A DNA stretch of 41,694 bases from assembly GCA_964594625.1 (NCBI GenBank), contig CAZQNC010000001.1:1-41694 (forward strand), given 5' to 3'. Positions 1 to 7,933 of the stretch are shown in pieces. A program made the translations under genes and the position numbers. This DNA is from an uncultured Thermoplasmatales archaeon. Lineage in GTDB: Archaea; Thermoplasmatota; E2; UBA202; DSCA01. The notes below the pieces were generated by a model. That model did no database searches and had not been told where the DNA came from. It was given only the letters and a program-made list of their open reading frames with translations. Within the stretch, counting starts at the first letter, position 1. Every line of letters starts with the position of its first letter.

Positions 1-68
1 CTGGTGGAACACGGCCCGGACATCCTGCTTGCTTCACACGGCTGAACAGTATCAAAAAAGAGAAGACT

Positions 69-76
69 ATTTATAA
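69..76 (+). promoter_or_regulatory. candidate archaeal TATA box (ATTTATAA) for the 107..1474 gene
   Basis: AT-rich octamer in a GC-rich spacer. It ends 31 nt upstream of ATG 107. Confidence 0.4.
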
Positions 77-106
77 CGACGGCAAAATAAGCCGGACAGG
101 GATGCG

Positions 107-1474
107 ATGAGCAACAACGGAAAACACCTGTTCTCGAAACGAGACATGACGCTGGCGGCCGCCGTGGCCGCCGCCATCATCGGCATCGGCGTCATCAGCG
201 CGTTTCCCAGCGGGCTGCATCTTTCGCCATCCGTCGAGATGCGCTACACCGGCACGGACACCACGCTGCTGCTCGGCGACATCGACATAGACGGCGACGT
301 CACCGGCTCGATGGGATTGCGCAACATAAGCGTCTGGCATATCGCTGCAGCGGGACAGGTCACGATAGCTACGGGTGGTGGCCCATCGAAAACGTTTGTC
401 GACCCTGACATCGTGATTCGCGGCGGCGACGGCATGGTAAACGGCACGGTACATATCCCTGCCACGCTCACCCCCGGGGCGGTCGTGTTCAACGGCACCC
501 ACGGCGGCACCTGGGCGTTCGCCGCGGAATCGATACCGCTTGCGATTTCGCCGGGCTCCATGGTAACCGCACGTGAAGCGGCCATCACGGTCGACAACGG
601 GTCATGGACCGGCCAGGGCACTTTTTCCCTGCGAATGGACGGCAACGCGAGCGCTACGGCCAGAGCCGATTACGGTGTGGTGTCCACCGATGACCTCGTT
701 GAGCTGACGGTCGAGCCGGGCACGGATTTCAACCAGAGCCTGCTCGACGTGCTCGGGGAAGAGCTGCCATCGTTGCCCGTATCATTGGGCGGCGTGGCCG
801 CCGTGCTGCCAGAACATGGCGCGACGGTAGCCGTGAACGGAGACCGGCAGCGATGTGACAACATATCGCTGGGCAGAGGCACGTGGACCGCTTCGCTCGG
901 CCGCCAGATGTCACTGCAGGGGGAAGCGCGGCTGCTGCTCCTCGACGGGTCATTGCACAGCCCGGCGGACGCCGCAGCATGGTTCATCCCCGACAGGCTC
1001 CTCGGACTGTGGCCGCTCGCCATCGGCATATGGCTGGTCACCGCCTGGCTGCATCGACGCTACCGCCAGAAGCAGGAGGCATATGACCGGGGTTTTCACT
1101 GGCTGGCGGTCATCGTGCACGTGCTCGCCATCGCAGTCACGTTTTTCCTGTGGGACGCCGAGATACGATACCTGTTCGGCACAAGCATGCTCGACGCCGC
1201 CGTAACGACGCTGTCCACGGGTATGCTATCCCTGTCCGCCTGGGCGGTGGCCCCCCTCGAGCTCGTTCCCTGGTTCGTCGGGCTGGTCCTGATAGCGCTG
1301 CCCATCCGGGTATTGCTGACCGGCGTGTTCCGGCTTACCGGGTTTGACACCATCGGCGGCGGCGTTGCCAGGGCGGCCGGGCTGCTGTCGCTGCTGTTCA
1401 TCGGCGCCCGTTATATCCCGTTCTTTTTGAACGTGACCGTGCTCGCCCTGCTGCGGAGCATGCTCGGGCTGTGA
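107..1474 (+). CDS. hypothetical integral membrane protein: N-terminal TM anchor, ~270-aa G/T/D-rich extracytoplasmic region, C-terminal bundle of about 5 TM helices
   Basis: 455-aa ORF with ATG start. Hydrophobic segment LAAAVAAAIIGIGVISAF near the N-terminus and several hydrophobic helices after residue ~300 (LWPLAIGIWLVTAWL, WLAVIVHVLAIAVTFFLW, VPWFVGLVLIALPI, LLSLLFIGARYIPFFL). No recognisable catalytic motif. Confidence 0.6.
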   Translation: MSNNGKHLFSKRDMTLAAAVAAAIIGIGVISAFPSGLHLSPSVEMRYTGTDTTLLLGDIDIDGDVTGSMGLRNISVWHIAAAGQVTIATGGGPSKTFVDPDIVIRGGDGMVNGTVHIPATLTPGAVVFNGTHGGTWAFAAESIPLAISPGSMVTAREAAITVDNGSWTGQGTFSLRMDGNASATARADYGVVSTDDLVELTVEPGTDFNQSLLDVLGEELPSLPVSLGGVAAVLPEHGATVAVNGDRQRCDNISLGRGTWTASLGRQMSLQGEARLLLLDGSLHSPADAAAWFIPDRLLGLWPLAIGIWLVTAWLHRRYRQKQEAYDRGFHWLAVIVHVLAIAVTFFLWDAEIRYLFGTSMLDAAVTTLSTGMLSLSAWAVAPLELVPWFVGLVLIALPIRVLLTGVFRLTGFDTIGGGVARAAGLLSLLFIGARYIPFFLNVTVLALLRSMLGL

Positions 1475-1538
1475 CCTAAAACGCAACGGGTTAGGGAAAA
1501 CGGGACTGCGCTCCAGGCACTCCCCCGGGGACAGATAT

Positions 1539-1546
1539 CTTAAATA
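1539..1546 (+). promoter_or_regulatory. candidate TATA box (CTTAAATA) for the metallophosphoesterase gene
   Basis: AT-rich octamer ending 31 nt upstream of ATG 1577. Confidence 0.4.
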
Positions 1547-1576
1547 CCGGCGGTTTTTAGGGAGACATTGGCATCC

Positions 1577-2335
1577 ATGAAAGCGACACCTCTTTACAAC
1601 CGGCGGGCGCTGCATCTTCCCGGGGGAGACGCCGTCATCGTTGCCGACCTCCACATTGGCATCGAGTACGATCTCTCGCTCACGGGGGCCAACATTCCCT
1701 CGCAGACCGCGTCGCTGGCATCCCGCTGCACCGGGCTGTGCGAGGATCATGATGCTGCAACGCTGTACATCGCCGGCGACCTCAAGCACATGATTGCCGC
1801 CTCCGGGGATTCAACGGAGCACGCCCGGATGATGCGGCAGGAGCGCTGGGACCTTCGCATGTTTGTGCAGTCGCTGTCCAGCTGTGCCACGAAGCTGGTG
1901 AAGGGCAACCACGACGGCGGACTGCGCACCTCGCCGACGCTGACGGTGCATGACAGCGGGGGCATATGTATTGGTGACGTGGCCATCGCGCACGGTCATG
2001 CCTGGCCCTCCGACGAGGTGATGCAGGGCGAGCTGCTGGTCATGGGGCACGTGCATCCCGTGGTCCGGCTCAGAGACGACCTTGGCTTCTCCACGTCCAA
2101 GCCCTGCTGGCTCCGGGCTCCGCTGCTGGAGGATGCTGCCGTTGAGCGATATCCCTCTGGCAACCCCGGCTTGGAGGTGGTGGTCATGCCGGCGTTCAAC
2201 CCGCTGTGCGGCGGGATGGCGGTCAACACCGAGGGCATCCTGGGCCCCATGCGGAACATTGTTGACGTCGACGCCGCCGAGGTATATTTGCTGGACGGCA
2301 CCCGTCTGGGCAGCGTCGCGTCGCTTCGGCTGTAG
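1577..2335 (+). CDS. calcineurin-like metallophosphoesterase (archaeal SbcD/Mre11-related putative phosphoesterase type)
   Basis: Metallophosphoesterase motif series in order: VADLHIG (DxH), AGDLKH (GDxxH-like), KGNHDG (GNHD/E), IAHGH, MGHVHP (GHxH). I start at ATG 1577 rather than the TTG at 1568 used by the track. Confidence 0.85.
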   Translation: MKATPLYNRRALHLPGGDAVIVADLHIGIEYDLSLTGANIPSQTASLASRCTGLCEDHDAATLYIAGDLKHMIAASGDSTEHARMMRQERWDLRMFVQSLSSCATKLVKGNHDGGLRTSPTLTVHDSGGICIGDVAIAHGHAWPSDEVMQGELLVMGHVHPVVRLRDDLGFSTSKPCWLRAPLLEDAAVERYPSGNPGLEVVVMPAFNPLCGGMAVNTEGILGPMRNIVDVDAAEVYLLDGTRLGSVASLRL

Positions 2336-2378
2336 GGCAGAAGCTTTTTATCCCATCTGCGTATTTACACCCGATATC

Positions 2379-3317
2379 ATGAAAATATTGGTGACAGACC
2401 CGGTTGCAGATGAAGCCATGGACATGCTCCGTGAAAGGCACGACGTGACGTTCGACAACCTCACGGGCAGCAAACTGGCCGCCGAAATCGGTTCCTACCA
2501 TGGCATCATGGTGCGCAGCGGCACCCAGGTCACCCGCGAGGTCATCGAAGCCGCCGACAATCTCATGGTCATCGGCCGTGCGGGCATCGGCGTCGACAAC
2601 ATCGACCTCGAGGCGGCGAGCGAACGTGACATCAAGGTCGTCAACTCGCCGACCGGGGCCACGCCCTCGGTGGCCGAGCTTACCATCGCGCATATGCTGT
2701 CCCTGGCCCGGCATCTGCCCGAAGCGGACCGGACGATGAAAGCCGGTGAATGGGCGAAAAAACAGCTGAAGGGCACAGAGATCAAGGGCAAAACCCTCGG
2801 CCTGGTGGGCTGCGGCAACATCGGCAGCCTCGTCGCCGAGTACGCGCAGGCGCTGGGCATGGCCGTCATCGGCTACGACCCCTATATCTGCGAGGAGGAC
2901 CTGGCGGACGTGGGCATCGAGAAAACGGAGCTCGATAGCGTGCTCCGGGAGGCCGACTACGTGTCGCTTCACGTGCCCCATATCGAGGCGACCCATCACA
3001 TCATCGACGCTGCGGCGCTGGAGACCATGAAGGACACCGCGTACCTGGTGAACTGTGCCAGGGGCGGCGTGGTCGACGAGGACGCCCTGTATGAGGCGCT
3101 GCAAAACGGCGACATCGCCGGTGCCGCGCTGGACGTCTACGAAAACGAGCCGCCCGGTGAGACCAGGCTGGCTGAGCTGGACAACATGGTGATGACCCCG
3201 CATCTCGGCGCTGCAACAAGGGAAGGACAGATACGCGCCGGGACGGTCTGCGCCGAGCAAATGCTCATGGCGCTTGATGGCACGGAGCCCGAGTTCTGGG
3301 TCAACCGGAAAAAGTAA
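2379..3317 (+). CDS. serA: D-3-phosphoglycerate dehydrogenase, short type without ACT domain (D-isomer-specific 2-hydroxyacid dehydrogenase family)
   Basis: MKILVTDP...GIMVRSGTQVTREVIEAADNLMVIGRAGIGVDNIDLEAA...VVNSP, NAD-binding GLVGCGNIGSLVA, and the catalytic region CARGGVVDEDAL...TPHLGA. The track ORF starts at 2082 but its first 99 codons overlap the preceding gene, so ATG 2379 was chosen (312 aa). Confidence 0.8.
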   Translation: MKILVTDPVADEAMDMLRERHDVTFDNLTGSKLAAEIGSYHGIMVRSGTQVTREVIEAADNLMVIGRAGIGVDNIDLEAASERDIKVVNSPTGATPSVAELTIAHMLSLARHLPEADRTMKAGEWAKKQLKGTEIKGKTLGLVGCGNIGSLVAEYAQALGMAVIGYDPYICEEDLADVGIEKTELDSVLREADYVSLHVPHIEATHHIIDAAALETMKDTAYLVNCARGGVVDEDALYEALQNGDIAGAALDVYENEPPGETRLAELDNMVMTPHLGAATREGQIRAGTVCAEQMLMALDGTEPEFWVNRKK

Positions 3318-3344
3318 AAAAGGCTCGCCAAAAACCTGTTGTAT

Positions 3345-3408
3345 CCCGGAGAAACCTTCCGGGCGTTGCGCAACGTTTCAAGACGGCGATGTCTCTTTCG
3401 ACCGTCTT
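3345..3408. terminator. cluster of three hairpins/palindromes in the convergent spacer between serA and the 3496..3870 gene
   Basis: Hairpin CCCGGAG-loop-TTCCGGG (3345..3363). Perfect 12-nt palindrome CGTTGCGCAACG (3364..3375). Stem AAGACGG(CGA)...(TCG)ACCGTCTT (3380..3408) followed by T-rich sequence. T-runs are present on both strands nearby. Confidence 0.3.
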
Positions 3409-3495
3409 TCATTCTCCGTTTATTGACCGGTTATGCCACCGGAGGTATATGCTCCCCGTAGCAAGCTGTGGAGCGTTCGGGTAAAACGACATGTT

Positions 3496-3870
3496 TCAAT
3501 CGTCGTATTCGTCGCTTTCCTCAGCCTCGGGGGCCTCGCCTCGCTCGCTGATGTTTTCGACGATCTGCATCGGCTTCGGTATCATGAACTTCGGCCAGAG
3601 CGAGGTGTTGGTGAAGCAGGGAAACTCGGTGACATAGTACTCGTGGTCCCGGCTGATGACGCATTGCAGCGTGAAAAATATCTCCCGCCGCTCGTCAAGT
3701 TTGAGGTCGCCGTCGGTCACCTCGACGAAGGCCCCCTCGGCACCGATTTTGCCGGATCCCTCCAGCATGACCTCGAGGTTGAAGATGCATTCCGCCACTT
3801 TTTCCTCGTCCTCCACGATGTCGCCCATGCCGATGTACAGGCCCGGGAACTCGGACAGCTCCTGCTCCAT
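3496..3870 (-). CDS. hypothetical small cytoplasmic protein with acidic C-terminal tail
   Basis: 124-aa reading frame from ATG 3870 (MEQELSEFPGLYIGMGDIVEDEEK...ERGEAPEAEESDEYDD). The remainder of the 311-aa track ORF is antisense to the well-supported DUF488 gene. No family recognised. Confidence 0.5.
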   Translation of the reverse strand: MEQELSEFPGLYIGMGDIVEDEEKVAECIFNLEVMLEGSGKIGAEGAFVEVTDGDLKLDERREIFFTLQCVISRDHEYYVTEFPCFTNTSLWPKFMIPKPMQIVENISERGEAPEAEESDEYDD

Positions 3871-3924
3871 GGAGGTAAACACGCTGTATACATAAATATT
3901 TTCAACTGGCGCAGGTTGTAACCC

Positions 3925-4350
3925 ATGGCCGTCATCTACTCCCTCGGTCACTCCAATCGGAGCGGCCAGGCCTTCCTTGAGCTGCTGCAGCGCCATGACG
4001 TGGAACTGGTGGCGGACGTCCGCCGGCGGCCCATCTCGCGGTTTGCACATTTCAACCGGGACATGCTCGCGGCGCTGCTCGACGACCACGACGTTGACTA
4101 CGTACATATCGAGCCGCTGGGCGCATACCGCCCCGGGGGATACCCGGCATGGATGCAGACCAGGGCCTGGCAGCAGGCGTACCGGGAACTCGTCGTCCTG
4201 GCCCGGCGGCAGACCGCGGCGTTCATGTGCGCCGAGCGGCTGCCGCAGCAGTGCCACCGCCGCTACATCGCCCGCCGGCTTGCCAGGGACGGATGGCGGG
4301 TCGTCCATCTGATTGATGGCAGCGCGGCCCAGGCGACGCTTGACATGTAG
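3925..4350 (+). CDS. DUF488 domain-containing protein
   Basis: Typical DUF488 signature: IYSLGHSNRS..FLELLQRH.V..VADVRRRPISRFAHFNRD.L...L....V.YVHI..LG, and a C-terminal CAE....CHRRYIA. Confidence 0.85.
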   Translation: MAVIYSLGHSNRSGQAFLELLQRHDVELVADVRRRPISRFAHFNRDMLAALLDDHDVDYVHIEPLGAYRPGGYPAWMQTRAWQQAYRELVVLARRQTAAFMCAERLPQQCHRRYIARRLARDGWRVVHLIDGSAAQATLDM

Positions 4351-5446
4351 CGGCGAAGGCGCAACGCTTTTAAGACTTCCGGCCATACCAGACAGGAGGG
4401 AAACCATTTTTGACGTCCTCGAAGCAGTCATCCCCTACATCAGCGGGCTGTACACCCTGCCCTGGATAGCCGTCGGCTTTTTCGGCAATTTTCTCCTTGG
4501 CCACGTGTTCGGCGAAAAACGCGTCACGGCGGCCATGAAAAAAATCGGGCTGGTGCTGCTCTTCGTGTTCATCCCCATCCTGCTGTTCAAGCTGTTTTTA
4601 AACATCGACTTCCGGGCGCAGGAGTTCGACTTCGCACTACTCGCCCTCGCATTCATGGCCTTCCTGTACCTGATAGCATACCTGTACGCCCGGCGGCAGG
4701 CCTCCCGGTTTACCGGGGATGGCAGCGAGAGAGTGCACTTCCTCAAAACCGTCATCGTCAACCAGGGGCGGAGCGCCGCCTTCTTCGGGAGCGCCATCCT
4801 GGCCATCGACGGGCTGCGCATCCCCGCTGCCATCTACATCACCCTGCTCGGCATCTATCTGTTCGCCATCGTTCCCTACCTGCTGGCGCATCTCCACGGT
4901 CGGGAGGTCGCCGCCAGCGAGACGAAGAACCCGCTGCCCCGGTTTTTACGGGTGTTCCCCTGGTACCTGGCGGCTTTCCCCATAGCGGCGACCGTTATAC
5001 ATGCGCAGACCGGGGTCACTACCGCCACCTATGAATGGGGTGTGCTGCTCGACTTCGCAGCTGCGGTGACCATTCCAGCCGCATTGTACTACGTCGGCTC
5101 CGGCATCAAGCTGGCGGATGTCACCCCGGACAAGCTCAGGCAGCTGTTCTTCGGCCATACCGGGGAGCTGGCCAAGGTACGCATGCTTTTGCTGCTCACC
5201 ATGGTGATAACACCGGTTGTCGTCGCGGTGCTGTTCGGCTCGCTGTGGATGCTCGGCCTGCTGCCGGCGGCATGGTTTGCGGTGCTGCTGCTCAACGCGG
5301 TGCTGCCCATCACCAGCACCAACATGTTCCTGGTCCCCTATGGCATCAACAGAAAGGTGACGGCGCTGTCGGTGACCTGGTCGACCCTGTTCTCGCTGCC
5401 ATTGTTCGTGGTGCTCCTCTACGTGATGTCCCGGGTGTTCGGATAG
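4313..5446 (+). CDS. multi-pass membrane permease, possibly AEC (auxin-efflux-carrier-like) family
   Basis: About 10 hydrophobic helices. The N-terminal pattern IPYISGLYTLPWIAVGFFGNFLLG...KIGLVLLFVFIPILLFKLF resembles the Mem_trans N-terminus. The start is uncertain: ATG 4313 overlaps DUF488 by 38 nt, and a GGAGG at 4394..4398 precedes an in-frame ATT at 4406. Confidence 0.5.
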   Translation: MMAARPRRRLTCSGEGATLLRLPAIPDRRETIFDVLEAVIPYISGLYTLPWIAVGFFGNFLLGHVFGEKRVTAAMKKIGLVLLFVFIPILLFKLFLNIDFRAQEFDFALLALAFMAFLYLIAYLYARRQASRFTGDGSERVHFLKTVIVNQGRSAAFFGSAILAIDGLRIPAAIYITLLGIYLFAIVPYLLAHLHGREVAASETKNPLPRFLRVFPWYLAAFPIAATVIHAQTGVTTATYEWGVLLDFAAAVTIPAALYYVGSGIKLADVTPDKLRQLFFGHTGELAKVRMLLLLTMVITPVVVAVLFGSLWMLGLLPAAWFAVLLLNAVLPITSTNMFLVPYGINRKVTALSVTWSTLFSLPLFVVLLYVMSRVFG

Positions 5447-5447
5447 C

Positions 5448-6734
5448 CTATTCCTCGACGACCCGCTGGGCTTTGCCCATGCTCCGGGGAATGGTCTCCG
5501 GCTCGACAACCTCGACCGGAATGTGCAGGTTGAGCACGGCGTAGATGTCCTCCTCTATCCGCTCGGCCAGGTCGTCGAGGTTGCCCTGGAGGTGGCGCTC
5601 CCGGGTGGGCTCTATCTTTATGGTCAGCGTGGTCAGCCCCCGTTTTTCTTTTTTGATGAGCTGGTAGTGGCCGCTGGCCCCGGGCTGCTGCATCATGACC
5701 TCCTCCAGCTGGGAGGGAAACACGATGACTCCCTTGATCTTCATCATGTCGTCGCTCCGCCCCTTTATCCGGGAGATGACGGGCAATGTCCGCCCGCACT
5801 CGCAGGGCTCCTCCGTATACTCGGCGATGTCGCCGGTGCGGAAGCGCAGGGCGGGAAAACCCTCCTTGGTGACGGTGGTGAACACCAGCTCGCCCTCGTT
5901 ATCGGGCGGCAGCTGCTCCCCGGTGTCGGGGTCGATGATCTCCGTCAGGAAATGGTCGGCGTTGACGTGCATGCGCTGCTCCCGGCATTCGGTGACCACG
6001 CCGGGCCCGATGATCTCCGTCAGACCGTAGTGCTCGTGCGCCCGGATGCCCCATTTTCCCTCGATTTTTTTGCGCATCTCGTCGCTCCACGCCTCGGCCC
6101 CGAACAGCCCGAGGCGGAGATGGAAGTCCTCGCGGGGCTCGTAGCCCATGTCCGCGGCCACCTCGGCCATGAACAGCGAATAAGACGGGGTGCAGGCGAC
6201 CGCCGTGGCACCGAAGTCCTTCATCAGCGTTATCTGCCGCCGGGTGTTCCCCGAGCTGGTGGGAACCACCATGGCGCCGATGCGCTGTGCTCCTTTTTCG
6301 AAGCCGTGAGCGCCGGTGAACAGGCCGTAGCCGTAGGCGTTCTGCATGATGTCGCCGACACGGAGCCCGTTGGCCCACAGCGACCGGGCCATGACCTCGC
6401 TCCACAGGTCGACATCCGCGGCGGTGTACGGCCCGACGACGGGCTTGCCGGTGGTGCCCGACGAGGCGTGCACCTCCACGCAGTCTTCGAGGTCGACGCA
6501 GAGCAGGCCAAACGGGTAGTAGTCGCGGAGCTCCGCCTTGGTCAGAAACGGCAGCCGGGTGATGTCGTCCAGCGTCCTGATGTCGTCCGGCGCTACATCG
6601 GCCTCTTTGAGCTTGTCATGGTAGTGCCCGTTGACCGTGTAGGCCCGCTGCACGGTGTCCCGCAGGCGTTTCAGCTGTAGCTGCTTCAATTCCTCCAGTG
6701 GCATGGTTTCATGCCGCTCGTCCCAGAAATCCAT
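5448..6734 (-). CDS. paaK: phenylacetate-CoA ligase family adenylate-forming enzyme (PaaK / coenzyme F390 synthetase-like)
   Basis: N-terminus MDFWDERHETMPLEELKQLQLKRLRDTV. Also LPFLTKAELRDYYPFG, the AMP-binding motif HASSGTTGKPVV, YGLTE, and RFRTGD...GR.DDMMKIKGV. ATG 6734 chosen (429 aa) rather than the upstream track start. Confidence 0.85.
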   Translation of the reverse strand: MDFWDERHETMPLEELKQLQLKRLRDTVQRAYTVNGHYHDKLKEADVAPDDIRTLDDITRLPFLTKAELRDYYPFGLLCVDLEDCVEVHASSGTTGKPVVGPYTAADVDLWSEVMARSLWANGLRVGDIMQNAYGYGLFTGAHGFEKGAQRIGAMVVPTSSGNTRRQITLMKDFGATAVACTPSYSLFMAEVAADMGYEPREDFHLRLGLFGAEAWSDEMRKKIEGKWGIRAHEHYGLTEIIGPGVVTECREQRMHVNADHFLTEIIDPDTGEQLPPDNEGELVFTTVTKEGFPALRFRTGDIAEYTEEPCECGRTLPVISRIKGRSDDMMKIKGVIVFPSQLEEVMMQQPGASGHYQLIKKEKRGLTTLTIKIEPTRERHLQGNLDDLAERIEEDIYAVLNLHIPVEVVEPETIPRSMGKAQRVVEE

Positions 6735-6768
6735 ATGGGTAATGCACTGCGGTTTAAAAAATCCGCCG

Positions 6769-7302
6769 TTACAGCCGGCGCCGCAGAAACACCAGCCCGC
6801 CCTGCTGTTTTTCGACCTCGAAACCGAGCCTGTCAAAGAGACGGAGCATGGCCATGTTGCCTTCCGTCACCTCGGCGGTCAGCGCCGTGATGCCATGCCG
6901 TCTCGCCACGTGCGCGAGATGTTCCAGCAGCGCGGTGCCGACGCCGCGGCCCTGCCAGTCATCCCGGACGACGACGGCCACCTCCGCCTCGTCTCCCTGC
7001 ATGGTGTACCGGCCGACGCCTAGGGGTATCTCGCCGTCGTAGTCATCCCAGGTCGCCAGCACGGCCACGTCCCGCATGTAGTCGTTGTCCAGATATGAGA
7101 CAAGCTCCTGGCGGGGCATGTAGGTCCTGGCCCGGAACCACCGCCGCTTTTTGGTCTCCGGCGAGAAGCTGTTGTACAGCTCGAGCATGAGCTCCTCGTC
7201 CTCCCGGGTGAGCGCCCGAAGCAGGATGACGCTGCCGTCCTTTATCCTGGCTATGGTGCGCAGCTCCTCGGGGTCCACCCGGCTGCCGTGTGGGGATGCC
7301 AT
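6769..7302 (-). CDS. GNAT family N-acetyltransferase (resembles the GNAT domain of Pat-type protein acetyltransferases)
   Basis: Acetyl-CoA binding motif VVVRDDWQGRGVGTALLEHLAHVARRHGI (Q/RxxGxG/A), followed by N.AMLRLFDRLGF. Same strand as the paaK-like gene and 34 nt upstream of it. Confidence 0.8.
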   Translation of the reverse strand: MASPHGSRVDPEELRTIARIKDGSVILLRALTREDEELMLELYNSFSPETKKRRWFRARTYMPRQELVSYLDNDYMRDVAVLATWDDYDGEIPLGVGRYTMQGDEAEVAVVVRDDWQGRGVGTALLEHLAHVARRHGITALTAEVTEGNMAMLRLFDRLGFEVEKQQGGLVFLRRRL

Positions 7303-7379
7303 CGCCTGCAATACACATGATTATTAAAAGCTGTTTTGGCTGCCCGGAACCGTATTAAACGTGTGCTGGTTGAGCGAGC

Positions 7380-7847
7380 ATGGCGTTCAAGCTGGAGAGT
7401 TCGGCCTTTGCAGATGGACAGCCGATCCTGGAGCGATATACCTGCGACGGGGATGACGTGTCGCCGCCGCTGGCCTGGACGGATGTCCCGGATGATACGA
7501 GCAGCCTGGCGCTGGTCTGCGATGATCCCGACGCTCCCATTGGGACGTGGGTGCACTGGGTGCTGTATAACATCCCGCCAGGTGAGCCGGGGCTGCCGGA
7601 GGATGTTCCCGCCGTGGAGGCCATGGAGAACGGCGCCCGGCATGGACGAAACAGCTGGCGCCGGCGTGGCTACGGCGGCCCCTGTCCGCCGGGCAGGAAG
7701 CCGCACCGCTATTATTTCAGAGTGTACGCGCTCGACATCGTGCTTGACCTTAAATCGGGGGCAAAGAAAAGGCATCTCCGGAAGGCGATGGAGGGCCACA
7801 TCCTGGCCGAGACCCGGCTGATGGGAACGTATACCCGGAAACGGTAG
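7380..7847 (+). CDS. YbhB/YbcL family Raf-kinase-inhibitor-like (PEBP) protein
   Basis: SPPL.W..VP..T.SLAL...DPDAP.GTWVHWVLYNIP, GYGGPCPP.G..HRYYFRVYALD. Confidence 0.9.
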   Translation: MAFKLESSAFADGQPILERYTCDGDDVSPPLAWTDVPDDTSSLALVCDDPDAPIGTWVHWVLYNIPPGEPGLPEDVPAVEAMENGARHGRNSWRRRGYGGPCPPGRKPHRYYFRVYALDIVLDLKSGAKKRHLRKAMEGHILAETRLMGTYTRKR

Positions 7848-7896
7848 CTGGAGACACGCTGATACGCCGCAACAGCCGTCTATTAACAATAGTTAA

Positions 7897-7905
7897 TTTT
7901 AAATA
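7897..7905 (+). promoter_or_regulatory. candidate TATA box (TTTTAAATA) for the 7934..8773 gene
   Basis: Ends 28 nt upstream of ATG 7934, which favours ATG 7934 over the GTG 7913 used by the track. Confidence 0.45.
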
Positions 7906-7933
7906 ATGCGATGTGTTGTTAGCATGTGATACA

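Noticed and set aside
1-45. Possible 3' end of an upstream plus-strand gene (…LVEHGPDILLASHG*)
   Set aside because: Only 14 codons are visible, which is too short to support as a feature.
2082-2378. N-terminal 99-codon extension of the serA-like ORF
   Set aside because: It overlaps the metallophosphoesterase gene and is Arg/Trp/Pro-rich. The conserved dehydrogenase N-terminus begins at MKILVTDP (ATG 2379).
3871-4431. 5' two-thirds of the 311-aa minus-strand ORF 3496..4431
   Set aside because: It overlaps the well-supported DUF488 gene on the plus strand. Only the 3' 375 nt, from an internal ATG with its own AT-rich upstream region, was retained as a gene.
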